The notes beneath the pieces were generated by a model, which was not told the DNA's origin, searched no databases, and saw only the letters and a program-made list of their open reading frames with translations. Both the position numbers and the translations under genes were made by a program. Shown piece after piece: positions 12,747-23,006 of a stretch of 64,000 nucleotides of DNA (positions within the stretch are counted from its first letter, which is position 1; the number at the start of each line of letters is the position of its first letter). The DNA is taken from NCBI GenBank assembly GCA_943788175.1, contig CALSPG010000007.1, positions 32,001 through 96,000 on the forward strand. Direction: 5' to 3'. The stretch comes from an uncultured bacterium (lineage in GTDB: Bacteria; Fidelibacterota; Marinisomatia; Marinisomatales; UBA1611).

Positions 12747-13853
12747 TCAACTATTTAATCGAACAGGCATTAATAACATCGTTTTGTTTTCTTCTTCTTC
12801 ACTACCTGTAAACAATGTTGCACTAATAGGTGTGTTTAATTTTATTATAACCTCTTCACCTGAAATATGACTAATAACATCTTTAAGATATTCACCATTA
12901 TATCCGATGATTAAATCATCTCCTTCATACTCACCTATTATTTCTTCCTTAGCTCTAGAACTTGATTCAGGATCCTCGGTGTGAATAATAAAAGAGTTGT
13001 TAGAAACATTAAAAGCAACTTGGTGTGTTGATTTGTTTGAAAAAATCGATACTCTTTTAATGGCTCCTAAAACACTTTTTTTGTCTACTTTTAAAATTTT
13101 AGTGTTATCCGTTGGTATAACGCTTTCATAGTCTGGAAAAACCTCATTTATGGTTCTAGAAATTATTGTATCTTGATTTATTGTCGCTGTCATATGTGTT
13201 TCACCAATTGATAATAAAATATCATCGTTTGATAAAAAGGTAGATAAATATGATAAGAATTTTTTTGGTACCACAATATCACCAACAAACGTATCTACTT
13301 TATAATCATCTTTAATTGTTTTTACCAACCTGTGTCCGTCTGTTGCAACAGCGGTTAAACCTGTACTATTAAACCGGAAAAGAACACCGGTTAAAGAGGG
13401 TTTTAAATCATCTTTACTTACAGCAAAAAGCGTCGAGTCAATAATGTTTCTAAAAACATTCCCAGATATACTTAATCTGTTTTTTTCTTCTACTTTTGGC
13501 ATTGTGGGAAATTCTTCTTTTTGTTTTCCCATTAAATCATAAGATCCAGAATTTGTTTTTATTTCTATTTTGTTTTTTATATCTGCTATTATCGTAATTC
13601 TAGTTTCTGGTAATTCATTTGTTATATCATATAGTTGCTTTAGTGGAACAGCTGCTGAACCCTCTTCTTCAATACTGACAGATATTTCTAAATCGATAGT
13701 TAGCTCAAGATCAGTAGTTCTAAGAGTTGTTTTATCATTTGAAGCTGTAATTAAAACACAACTTAAAATTGGAAGTGTTGATCTTGTGGGTGTTGCTTTA
13801 GATAGTTTTTGAAGAGCTTGTTGTAATTCGTTTTTAGATGTGGAAAATTTCAT
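12747..13853 (-). CDS. dnaN: DNA polymerase III beta sliding clamp
   Basis: 368 aa; LPILSCVLI, TTDLE, VATDGHRL, FPDYESVIP, C-terminal LLMPVRL. Confidence 0.97.
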   Translation of the reverse strand: MKFSTSKNELQQALQKLSKATPTRSTLPILSCVLITASNDKTTLRTTDLELTIDLEISVSIEEEGSAAVPLKQLYDITNELPETRITIIADIKNKIEIKTNSGSYDLMGKQKEEFPTMPKVEEKNRLSISGNVFRNIIDSTLFAVSKDDLKPSLTGVLFRFNSTGLTAVATDGHRLVKTIKDDYKVDTFVGDIVVPKKFLSYLSTFLSNDDILLSIGETHMTATINQDTIISRTINEVFPDYESVIPTDNTKILKVDKKSVLGAIKRVSIFSNKSTHQVAFNVSNNSFIIHTEDPESSSRAKEEIIGEYEGDDLIIGYNGEYLKDVISHISGEEVIIKLNTPISATLFTGSEEEENKTMLLMPVRLNS

Positions 13854-13984
13854 AAAACCTAAAATTTATTGTGTTAACAAAAAGATAAATACATAACTGT
13901 ATTTTAACTTCATAAAATACTTATAAGGACTCTTTTTTAAAAGATATTATGTCAACATTATGGAATAAGAAGAAAAGTAAAAAC

Positions 13985-14199
13985 AGTAATTAATATTATT
14001 TATAGCGGTGTATTTGTGGATAACAACAATAACTATCTAATATAAATTATTATTATTTAATTTAATTAAAAGACTTAAAGAATATTATAAAGTCTTTCAT
14101 TGTGGATAAAAGGTATAATTTGTTAAGAAAAACAAGTTATTGTTTTTCAAAATAAAAATCCACACTACATAATTAAGATGTGGATAACAATGTGGATAA
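13985..14199. promoter_or_regulatory. Putative oriC: DnaA-box cluster and AT-rich unwinding region upstream of dnaN
   Basis: Four perfect TGTGGATAA boxes at 14015-14023, 14101-14109, 14179-14187 and 14191-14199 in a 346-bp AT-rich intergenic region; trio-like run next to the first box. Confidence 0.85.
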
Positions 14200-15480
14200 C
14201 TAACTATTTATCTTTATGTATTTTTCTTTTTTTGCTTTTTCTATCCAAGAGTTATACCAATTCATTTTTTTATTATTCAACGCCATCATTTCAATTTTTG
14301 GCCAATGGTCTTCTATTTTTGGTTTTCCACCTTCTTTGATTCTTTCTAACCAAAGTAAATGAAAACCGTAAGAAGTGTTAATTGGGGGGCTGCATTCACC
14401 TTTTTTAATATAACTCAAAGCTAAACCAAATTCTTTTATTGGGTAACTGCTTGGAATTATCCAACCGAGGTCTCCACCAATACCAGCGGTTTGATAGTCT
14501 TTTGAATGTTTTTCAGTAAAAAACTTAAAATCTTTTAAAGTATTACAAGAGTCTTTTAATTGAGTTGCAAAATTAAAGGCTCTTTCTTCATCTTTTTTCT
14601 GTATTTCAGGACTAATTAATATATGTCTTACCCTTGCTTTATCACCTTTTCTCTCAAAAACCTCTAATATGTGAAAACCGACATCTGTTTCAATTGGTTC
14701 GCTTATTACATTCTCTTTTATTGTAAAAGCGGTCTCTTCAAATTCTTTTAAAAGAGATCCTCTCTTTACCCAACCAAGGTTTCCTCCTTTATCTTTAGAA
14801 CCTGGGTCCATTGAAAAGTTTCTAGCAAACTCTTCAAAACTCTCACCTTTGTTTATTTTAGCTTTAATGTTTTTTAATAAAAGAACAGTTTCTTTTTTTA
14901 AACTATCACTGGGGGTTGGTTTAATTAATAAATGTCTTAGTTTTGCTTCTGTTGGGAAAACAGGAAGACTGTCTCTATAGACTTTAAAAAAAGACAAAAC
15001 CTCATCTTTAGATATTTTTACTTTTGATAATAGTTTTTGTTGATATTTTTCTGATATTATTTTGTCTTTCATGTCATACCAAAACTCAGAACGAAAAGAT
15101 TTAATGCTTTGACCCAGCATTTTTTCTGCTGCTTTTTCCCCACCAGCTTGTAAAACAATTCCATTAACCTGCTGGTCTAACGCTTGGTTTATTTCGTTTT
15201 CTGTAAATTCGACAGTAGTATCTTTTTCAGCTAGTTTTAATAATATTTTTTGATCAATCATTGACCCCAAAACAACAGATCTTAATTTTAAGAAACCGTT
15301 TATATCTTCATTTGGGTTTATGTTTTGTTGAATCGCCATCATGTTTACCATTTGGCTTAGGTCGCTTTTTAAAATAATTTTATCTTCCACAACAGCAGCC
15401 ACACCATCAACAATCAAAACATTGTTTTGACTGTTTAAAATATTTAAAACAAGTACTAAAACTAAAATTAAAAAATTCAC
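14200..15480 (-). CDS. surA: SurA-like periplasmic chaperone / parvulin PPIase
   Basis: Signal peptide, VDGVAAVVEDKIILKSD N-domain, two rotamase domains (RHLLI...FEEFARNFSMDPGSKDKGGNLGW; RHILI...GGDLGW...YGFHL). Confidence 0.85.
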   Translation of the reverse strand: MNFLILVLVLVLNILNSQNNVLIVDGVAAVVEDKIILKSDLSQMVNMMAIQQNINPNEDINGFLKLRSVVLGSMIDQKILLKLAEKDTTVEFTENEINQALDQQVNGIVLQAGGEKAAEKMLGQSIKSFRSEFWYDMKDKIISEKYQQKLLSKVKISKDEVLSFFKVYRDSLPVFPTEAKLRHLLIKPTPSDSLKKETVLLLKNIKAKINKGESFEEFARNFSMDPGSKDKGGNLGWVKRGSLLKEFEETAFTIKENVISEPIETDVGFHILEVFERKGDKARVRHILISPEIQKKDEERAFNFATQLKDSCNTLKDFKFFTEKHSKDYQTAGIGGDLGWIIPSSYPIKEFGLALSYIKKGECSPPINTSYGFHLLWLERIKEGGKPKIEDHWPKIEMMALNNKKMNWYNSWIEKAKKEKYIKINS

Positions 15481-16265
15481 TTACTAACCTCCGGAGAAAT
15501 ATAAATATCTGCGTTTACATACAAACTATCTAAGACCTTTTTTAAAAAAACAACCTCTTTGTTTTTAATGATCCTTTGTTGTATTTCATCATAAACAACC
15601 TCAAGACCCTTTATTGTTCCCTTTTTGTTTTTTTTTAAAATTTCAAAAACGTGGTAAGAAGATCTTATTTTTTTTGGTCCAACAACATCCCCAACAACGT
15701 GGCTAAAAACAAAACCTATTAAATTATCACCAACGAGACTTTTTTTAACTGTTTTTATTTCTGGTTTATATTTGTACATATATTCTTCTAAAAGAGAACC
15801 TTTTTTATTTGATTTTAATAGTTTTTTTAATTTTACAGCATCATTCTTTGTGGGCAAAACAAAGTGTTTTAACCTAATTTCATCTTCATTTCTTATAAAA
15901 GATTTTTTATGGGTTCTATAATAGTTTGACACTTCCTTTTTTGAAATAGTAATTTGTTTTTTTGCTTCTAGCTCTAAAAAAGAACCAATAAGTAAATCCT
16001 TATAAAAATCTTCTTTTTTTTCTATTAAAAGAAAGTCTTTATCTAGGTTTGCGTTTAGAGCGGCTTCATATAGCAACGTTTTTTCAACCCAGTTGTTTGT
16101 AAGATGTAGAACAGAATTAGAACTAACTAAATCACCATCGGTCTTATCTATAATGTTTTTCTTTGTTAAAATGTTCTCACCTACACGTGCAACAACACCC
16201 TCTTCAATGTCTTTATTTGAAGAACAGGAAAAAACAGTAATAAGTAGAAGCGTAAGTATAATCAT
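15477..16265 (-). CDS. PPIase-like (PrsA/SurA-type) lipoprotein
   Basis: Lipobox VFSC, VVARVGENILT, degenerate rotamase region; overlaps the surA start. Confidence 0.7.
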   Translation of the reverse strand: MIILTLLLITVFSCSSNKDIEEGVVARVGENILTKKNIIDKTDGDLVSSNSVLHLTNNWVEKTLLYEAALNANLDKDFLLIEKKEDFYKDLLIGSFLELEAKKQITISKKEVSNYYRTHKKSFIRNEDEIRLKHFVLPTKNDAVKLKKLLKSNKKGSLLEEYMYKYKPEIKTVKKSLVGDNLIGFVFSHVVGDVVGPKKIRSSYHVFEILKKNKKGTIKGLEVVYDEIQQRIIKNKEVVFLKKVLDSLYVNADIYISPEVSK

Positions 16266-16286
16266 TAGGTATTAACCGGGTAAAAA

Positions 16287-19200
16287 TTAAACAAAAAACA
16301 AGTTAGTTGAACTATTGATGTTTTTATACCAATCAAAACCATCTAAATAAGAAAAAACCAAGGAAAAACACTCGTTATCTTCTTCGAATTTTCTGTTTTG
16401 AATGTTTTTATTTTCAAAGGACAAAACACTGTTGATAAAGGTTTCTCCAACTTTTTCTTGGTCTAAAATAAAAACAACACTGTTTTTATTAATGGAAAGG
16501 CTCTTAACAATGGAATTTTTAAGAGATATTTTTAACCGCGATAAATTTAAATAATTAACGGTTTCTTTTGGTGGTTTTCCGTAGCGATCAATTAGTTCGT
16601 TTTGAATATCTAAAACCCTGTCAGCGCTAGTAGCTTTATTAATCTTTGTATAAAAAGAAAAACGCTCTGTTTCACCTTTTACAAAAAACAAAGGAATTAA
16701 CGATTTTCCAAAAAAGAAGACATCTACATCTTTGCCCGGTTCTTTTTTGTTTAATTTTTTACCAACAGATTTTTTAAGAAGACTGTTGTAGTGCTCTAGT
16801 CCAACTCTTGAGATTTGACCACTTTGTTTGTAACCAAAAACAGCACCACCACCCCTTATGTCGAGGTCGTTTGTTGCTATATTGTACCCAGAACCCAAAG
16901 AGGTGTGCCGCTCTATTGTTTTTAATCTTTTATATGCTTTTTCACTTAATTTTGTCTTTTTTGGAACAAATAAATAACAACTAGCCTGGCGCGAAGACCT
17001 ACCAACACGTCCCCTTATCTGATATAGTTGACTTAAACCAAGGTTTTGAGGGTTGTTAATAATAATACAATTAGCGTTTGAAACGTCTAAACCCGACTCT
17101 ATAATTGTACTGCAAACTAAAACAGATATTTTACCGTCAAAAAAACCAAGTAAGTTTTTTTCAAGGTCTTTACTGCTTTGTTGTCCGTGTATAAAATCAA
17201 CCTTTTCGCTTGGGAAAAGTTCTTGGATTTTTTCAACATAATACTCAATTGATTCTACGTTGTTATGTAAAAAATATACCTGCCCGCCCCTTAAAAGTTC
17301 TTTTTCAATGATTTGTTCTGTTCTTTTCCAAGAAAAAAACTCAACAAAAGTACTTATTGGTTTTCTTGTTGTTGGTGGCGTTTCTATTCTACTAATATCT
17401 CGAATTCCAAGCATTGATTGTTGAAGTGTTCTTGGTATTGGTGTAGCAGACATCGATAAAACATCCACGTTGTTTTTTAATGCGCGAATACTTTCTTTAT
17501 GTTTAACCCCAAACCGGTGTTCCTCATCAATAATAAGTAAACCAAGGAATGGCATTACCACATCATCAGATAATAAACGGTGTGTGCCTATAACAAGGTT
17601 TATCTTACCAGTTAAGACCTGCCCAAGAACCTCTTTTTGTGTTTTTCTTGTTTGAAATCGCGAAAGTAAAGCAACAGACACACCCAAAGGCTCAAGTCTT
17701 TCTTTTGTTGTTATGTAGTGCTGATCAGAAAGAACGGTTGTTGGACAGAGCAGCACCACCTGCTTTGAAAACGCAACAACACGAACGATAGCCCTTAAAG
17801 CAACCTCCGTTTTACCAAAACCAACATCACCACAAATAAGTCTATCCATTGGTTTTTTGCTTTTTAAGTCAAAAAGAACATCTTTTATTGCTTGTTTTTG
17901 ATCTATCGTTTCTTTGAAAGGAAAAGATTTTTTAATTGCACGCTCAAACTCGAGACTCTTTATATAGCTAAAACCACGCGGTCTTTCTCTTGAATTATAA
18001 ATTTCTACCAACGAATCAGAAACAACCTCAACTTCTTTTTTTGTTTTTGATATGTTTTTTTGCCATTCTTTTCCACCAAGTTTGTTTAGGGTTGGTTTTC
18101 CACCAACATTAACATATTTATGAACAAGGTTTGCTTTGTTTATTGGTACAAAAAGAGTTCCACCGTCTTTATAAACCAGTTTAATATATTCTTTTTCATA
18201 ACCGCTTGGGCCCCGAACCACCAAACCACCGAACTTACCAACACCGTGAGACACGTGAACAAGTAAGTCACCAACAACAATGTTTGATAAGTTGTTTATT
18301 AATAATGGTTTGTGCGACTTGTTTCCTCTGTGTTTTTTTAAATCAGGAACAAAGTATAAGTTTTTTGATTTTATTTTTATAGTTGTATTTATCAAACCCC
18401 TTTGTGTTGAAAAACCAAGTTTCTCCAAGTTGTTTTTTCTACTGTTTTTCGTAATAAAAACCACCACGTTTTCAATTCCAACCTTGTTTCCAAAAACCAA
18501 TAATTCTTTTTTGTTTTTTATGGTGTTGGTTTTTTTTTCAGATAAAAAACTTAGCTTTTCATGACCAGGGTTTAATGTGTATTTATTATTGTTGTTTTTT
18601 AAGTTTATTACAAGGTCCCAATCGAAAAAAGCAAACAAACTCTTCCCCATTTCTACTGGCTCACCAAGTAAATCGTAAAAAACAAAACCCTTTGTGTTTT
18701 TAGTTGATCGCTGACTGTCAATATTAAAAAAGGTTATTTCTTCCACGACATTAAAGGCAAAAACCACACGCAATGGTTCTTGTGTGTTTTCAGGGTAAAT
18801 ATCAACAATTTCACCGCGAAGAGAAAACTCTTTCGGGTTGTACACGTAATCAACCTTTTTATATCCAAAAGAAAATAGTTTTTCACAAAAACTATCTCTA
18901 TCAAGTTGTTGCCCCACCTCTAAAACAAGTTTTCTAAACACTGTTTTTTTATTTATGTTTTTAACATGAGCAACACTTTCTAGACTTGTACAAACACCGC
19001 CCTCCGGTTTCGATAAACCAACCAAAGCTTCAGACCTAAAAAAGTTGTGTTGTGTTTCAAAACCGGGAACAATAGCATTTTTTGACTGTTCTGGATAATA
19101 AAACAAAGAACCACTAAAAAACTCTTTTTGTCGTAAAAAACTTGAAGCAAACCCACTATCTGCTAAAACCAAAACACGAAACCCCTTCTTGTTTTTAGAG

Positions 19201-19298
19201 AGTAGGTTTAAAAAAACAACCAATAGGTCTGGCTGTAGCCCCGTTATTGTTCCACCCCTCAACAAATGTTCAAACTCTTTATTAAATATATGTTTCAC
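16287..19298 (-). CDS. mfd: Transcription-repair coupling factor (divergent N-terminus)
   Basis: EFSLRGEIVDIYP, CarD-like VHVSHGVGKF, DRLICGDVGFGKTEVA, IDEEHRFGV, SATPIPRTL, QIRGRVGRS. Confidence 0.95.
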   Translation of the reverse strand: MKHIFNKEFEHLLRGGTITGLQPDLLVVFLNLLSKNKKGFRVLVLADSGFASSFLRQKEFFSGSLFYYPEQSKNAIVPGFETQHNFFRSEALVGLSKPEGGVCTSLESVAHVKNINKKTVFRKLVLEVGQQLDRDSFCEKLFSFGYKKVDYVYNPKEFSLRGEIVDIYPENTQEPLRVVFAFNVVEEITFFNIDSQRSTKNTKGFVFYDLLGEPVEMGKSLFAFFDWDLVINLKNNNNKYTLNPGHEKLSFLSEKKTNTIKNKKELLVFGNKVGIENVVVFITKNSRKNNLEKLGFSTQRGLINTTIKIKSKNLYFVPDLKKHRGNKSHKPLLINNLSNIVVGDLLVHVSHGVGKFGGLVVRGPSGYEKEYIKLVYKDGGTLFVPINKANLVHKYVNVGGKPTLNKLGGKEWQKNISKTKKEVEVVSDSLVEIYNSRERPRGFSYIKSLEFERAIKKSFPFKETIDQKQAIKDVLFDLKSKKPMDRLICGDVGFGKTEVALRAIVRVVAFSKQVVLLCPTTVLSDQHYITTKERLEPLGVSVALLSRFQTRKTQKEVLGQVLTGKINLVIGTHRLLSDDVVMPFLGLLIIDEEHRFGVKHKESIRALKNNVDVLSMSATPIPRTLQQSMLGIRDISRIETPPTTRKPISTFVEFFSWKRTEQIIEKELLRGGQVYFLHNNVESIEYYVEKIQELFPSEKVDFIHGQQSSKDLEKNLLGFFDGKISVLVCSTIIESGLDVSNANCIIINNPQNLGLSQLYQIRGRVGRSSRQASCYLFVPKKTKLSEKAYKRLKTIERHTSLGSGYNIATNDLDIRGGGAVFGYKQSGQISRVGLEHYNSLLKKSVGKKLNKKEPGKDVDVFFFGKSLIPLFFVKGETERFSFYTKINKATSADRVLDIQNELIDRYGKPPKETVNYLNLSRLKISLKNSIVKSLSINKNSVVFILDQEKVGETFINSVLSFENKNIQNRKFEEDNECFSLVFSYLDGFDWYKNINSSTNLFFV

Positions 19299-19306
19299 GT
19301 GAAACG
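19291..19306. promoter_or_regulatory. parS site (ParB-binding palindrome)
   Basis: TGTTTCACGTGAAACG, 15/16 match to TGTTTCACGTGAAACA; overlaps the mfd GTG start. Confidence 0.88.
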
Positions 19307-19308
19307 GG

Positions 19309-21158
19309 TTATGTTTTTAACAGGTAAATCATTAATGCTGATACATCTGACGGTGACACGCCTGATATTCTACTCGCTTGCCCAAATGTTTGCGGCTTAA
19401 CAATATTGAGTTTTTCTCTTCCCTCTATCGAAATACCTTTAAACTTAGAATAGTTTATGTTTGGTTTGATTTTAAGGTTTTCGTTTGCGCTTTGTTTTTT
19501 TATCTCTAACAAATGTCTTTTTATGTACCCATCATATTTTATTTCTGTTTCTATGTCTTCCAGGGCTTCAAGAAAAGACCATTTTTTAGATTTAAAGTTC
19601 TTTGGCATAAGGTTTGTTTTTTTAAGTGTGTCCCGAAGGTTGCTTTCTGGTCTTTTTATGTATTCACTTATCGGCGTTGCTTGTTTTAGGTTGAAAAACG
19701 AAAGGTCTTTTGTTTGAATGGATTTTTCACTAATTCGTAAAACCGTATTTCTATCGACCAGTCTTTTTTCAATTATTTCTTTTTCGTCTGTGTTTAATAG
19801 GTTGTGATTGGTGGCGGTTTTATATAGTCTTGTTTCTGTGTTTGAATATCTCAACATCATTCGATATTCTGCTCGACTGGTAAACATTCTATATGGCTCA
19901 TCTGTATCTTTTGTGACGAGGTCATCAATTAGCACCCCAATGTAACCTTCAGACCTTTTTATGGTTAACTCTTTTTTGTTTAGTGTTTTGTTTGCGGCGT
20001 TTATTCCAGCTATAAGTCCTTGAGCTGCGGCTTCCTCATAGCCCGATGTTCCGTTAATTTGACCAGCAAAAAACAACCCAAAAACCTCCTTGGACTCCAA
20101 GGTTGTTTTAAGTTGAGATGGCGCGATGCAGTCATATTCAATAGCATACCCGGGACGTAAAAACTCAACATTTTTAAAAGCAGGAATTGTTTTAAGGCTT
20201 TCAGTTTGTACCGACTCTGGTAAGCTAGTAGAAAAACCATTTATATATATCTGGTCAGACCTATACCACTCTGGTTCTAAAAACAATAGATGTGATGGTT
20301 GATCCGAAAAACGTTTTACTTTGTCTTCAATTGAGGGGCAGTATCTCGGCCCAACTCCCTTGATTTCTCCGTTGTACATTGGTGAGAGGTGGGCTTTTTT
20401 TTCAATAATTGCGTGTGTTTTTTCGCTTGTCCTAACAGTGTGGCAAGGTTCGTTTTTTGGAGAAAATTTTGATGTAAAATAAGAGAAAGGTGTTGGGTTT
20501 CTGTCGCCAAAATCCTCTGTTGTTTTTTCCCAGTCAATACTAGACTTTAAAACCCTTGGCGGTGTACCTGTTTTGAGTCGCATAGTCCTAAACCCAACCG
20601 TCCTTAAATATTCAGTCATACCGATCGATGCTGATTCACCCATTCTACCCGCTAAAACCTTTCTATCTCCAATATGAATCACCCCAGATAAAAACGTTCC
20701 ACACGTTATTACGACAGCGTTTGAAAGGACCCGGTCTCCACTTCTTAAAACCACACCAAAAACAGAATTGTTTTTAATTAATAGCGATGTGGCTTCCCCC
20801 TTTATTATGGATATGTTTTTATCATTTAGAACAGTCTCAGATATGTTTTTTTCATATATTCGTTTATCTACTTGTGCTCTTGGGGACCAAACAGACCTGC
20901 CTTTTGATTTGTTTAGTATTTTAAATTGCAACCCAGAAGTGTCAGCTGTTTTTGCCATTAAACCACCTAGATATCAATTTCTCTGACAATCTGCCCTTTT
21001 GCTATTCCACCGATAGCAGGATTACAAGACATTCTACCAATACTTTTTTCATCCATTGTAATTAGAGATACTTTACAGCCAATTTTTGAAGCAATTTTAG
21101 CCGCCTCCACCCCTGCATGACCACCACCAACAACAACAATGTTCTTTTTTTGTTTCAC
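19309..21158 (-). CDS. mnmG: tRNA uridine-5-carboxymethylaminomethyl modification enzyme MnmG, with a 1-nt frameshift near 20970 (probable sequencing error)
   Basis: ORF 20967-21158 ([24 protein letters not shown]) joins ORF 19309-20958 ([36 protein letters not shown]) as EID-x-LGGLMAK if one base is restored. Confidence 0.93.
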
Positions 21159-21166
21159 GTGAAACT
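21151..21166. promoter_or_regulatory. parS site (ParB-binding palindrome)
   Basis: TGTTTCACGTGAAACT, 15/16 consensus; spans the mnmE stop and the mnmG GTG start. Confidence 0.88.
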
Positions 21167-22502
21167 ATTTCCCAACACAAAAACCTGAAAAAACACTATC
21201 GAGTACATCATCTGAGGTGGTTTTCCCGAGAAGATTGTCAAAGTAACCTATAGCCACTTTTATGTGGTGCGCTAAAAGCTCGAGGTTTTTTTCTTTGTTT
21301 GTAATAAGTGGTTTAAGCTCGGACTGTATTTGTAGGAGTACGTTCTCCTGCCTTTTTGATGTTAAAAAAAGGTTGTTGTTTTTTGCTGTAATCTGAAAAA
21401 TAAGACCCTCAATTTTTAAAAGAAGATTACTAATACCTTGTTTTTCTTTTGCAGATATAAAAACAAAACCAGGGTTTTTATCTTTAAGTGTTTTTAATAG
21501 GTCGCTATCTAAGAGATCAATTTTGTTTAAGATATGGATTGTGTTTTTATTGTTTATGGTTTTGTTTTGTTTTGATACAGAATTAAACAAAGAAAGAACA
21601 ATATCTGCATTCTTTATTTCATTTTTAGTTCGTTCAATTCCTTTTTGTTCAACTAGGTTTTTGGTTTTTCGTATTCCAGCGGTATCTACAAACACCACAT
21701 TGTTTTTATTGAGGATAAGCCCTTCTTCGATTGTGTCTCTGGTTGTACCGGGAACAGCGGTTACAATTGCGCGTTCATGTTTAAGTAAAGTGTTAAATAG
21801 AGTTGACTTACCGGTGTTGGGCTCACCGCATATTACTACACGCGCACCAGATGTCAAGATCTTAGATGTTTGCCCAGATGATAAATAGTGGTTAACGTTT
21901 TTTATTGTTTTCTTTAGTTTCTTGTGAACCTCAGTAGTTGTTGTTTTTTGATTTTCTGTTTCCGAGATATCTAATTCATATTCCAATAAAGCAAGAGCGC
22001 TAACTAAAAAATTTTTGGTGTTCTGCAACTCATTTGTTGCAAAGCCGGACACACTGTTGAGTGATAGGTTTACACCTGAAGCTGATGTTGAATTAATAAG
22101 TAAAAGAACGCTCTCAGCTTGAACAAGATCTATTTTACCGTTCAAGTAGGCTGTTTTTGTAAACTCGCCGGGTTCTGCTGGGCGCACCCCCATCTCTAAC
22201 AGTTTTTTTGACAGTGTGTTAATTATGGTGGGGTTACCATGTGTGTGAATTTCAACTAAATCTTCACCGGTATAAGATTTAGGTTTTTTATAATAAGTAG
22301 AGATTGAATTGTCAATTAAATCATTGTTTTTATTATATATATTAACCAGTAAGTTTTTTGCGTGTTTTATATCTTTTTTTTTCTTCTTTGATAGTTGCAG
22401 TAAAGTATCAAGAGCCTTCTCACCGTTAATTCTAATTGTGGCTGTTGCAGATCTACCCATCGGTGTAGAAAGAGCAAAAAAAGTTTCTTTAGTTGTTAAC
22501 AA
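21165..22502 (-). CDS. mnmE: tRNA modification GTPase MnmE
   Basis: SYTGEDLVEIHTHG, GEFTKTAYLNGK, GEPNTGKSTL, GTTRD, DTAGIR, C-terminal FCVGK. Confidence 0.96.
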   Translation of the reverse strand: MLTTKETFFALSTPMGRSATATIRINGEKALDTLLQLSKKKKKDIKHAKNLLVNIYNKNNDLIDNSISTYYKKPKSYTGEDLVEIHTHGNPTIINTLSKKLLEMGVRPAEPGEFTKTAYLNGKIDLVQAESVLLLINSTSASGVNLSLNSVSGFATNELQNTKNFLVSALALLEYELDISETENQKTTTTEVHKKLKKTIKNVNHYLSSGQTSKILTSGARVVICGEPNTGKSTLFNTLLKHERAIVTAVPGTTRDTIEEGLILNKNNVVFVDTAGIRKTKNLVEQKGIERTKNEIKNADIVLSLFNSVSKQNKTINNKNTIHILNKIDLLDSDLLKTLKDKNPGFVFISAKEKQGISNLLLKIEGLIFQITAKNNNLFLTSKRQENVLLQIQSELKPLITNKEKNLELLAHHIKVAIGYFDNLLGKTTSDDVLDSVFSGFCVGK

Positions 22503-22743
22503 CTTTCCAACCTTCTTTTTTCTTTATATAGTAGTCGCTTACTGGTTGTGTTTTTATTAAAACCACCTTTTGTTTTTTTGATTTATTTATACTTAAAAAC
22601 TGAATATTTTTTGCAAAAAACAAACAAGCTCTATCTATTTTATGTATTACAAGTTCATAAAAAACAGCGGTTAACAGTTTGTTTTTTTTATACGTTTTTT
22701 TATCTATAATAAAACTAAATAATAGCGATGAAAACGACCTCAC
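22489..22743 (-). CDS. Hypothetical protein (uncertain)
   Basis: 84-aa ORF overlapping the mnmE start; the frame stays open upstream to about 22930; no recognisable motif. Confidence 0.3.
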   Translation of the reverse strand: MRSFSSLLFSFIIDKKTYKKNKLLTAVFYELVIHKIDRACLFFAKNIQFLSINKSKKQKVVLIKTQPVSDYYIKKKEGWKVVNN

Positions 22744-23006
22744 CTTACCTTGTTTTTCTCTTGTTTTCTTTTGATTTATGCATTGTGGTTCTGTTTTTTT
22801 TGATACCCGGTATTTTTGTAAAAAAACAATTCTCCGGTTGCTGGTATTATATTTATGTTTCTCAAAAGTTATTCTTCTTTTAAAGTTTTCTCTTTTCTGT
22901 TTTTTTTGTTTTTGATGGGATTGTTTGATTCTTTAAACAACCAAAACAAAAAAAACCCTCTATGTTTTGTCACGAATCATAAAGGTAATAAAAACAATGT
23001 TATACC

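Noticed and set aside
16179-16194. ACCTACACGTGCAACA as a third parS
   Set aside because: Only the right arm matches; the left arm has three mismatches and it lies within coding sequence.
20958-20975. Frameshift in mnmG as a real pseudogene or programmed frameshift
   Set aside because: One missing base, no slippery run, both halves well conserved, and similar single indels occur in three other genes; sequencing error is more likely. Read mapping would settle it.
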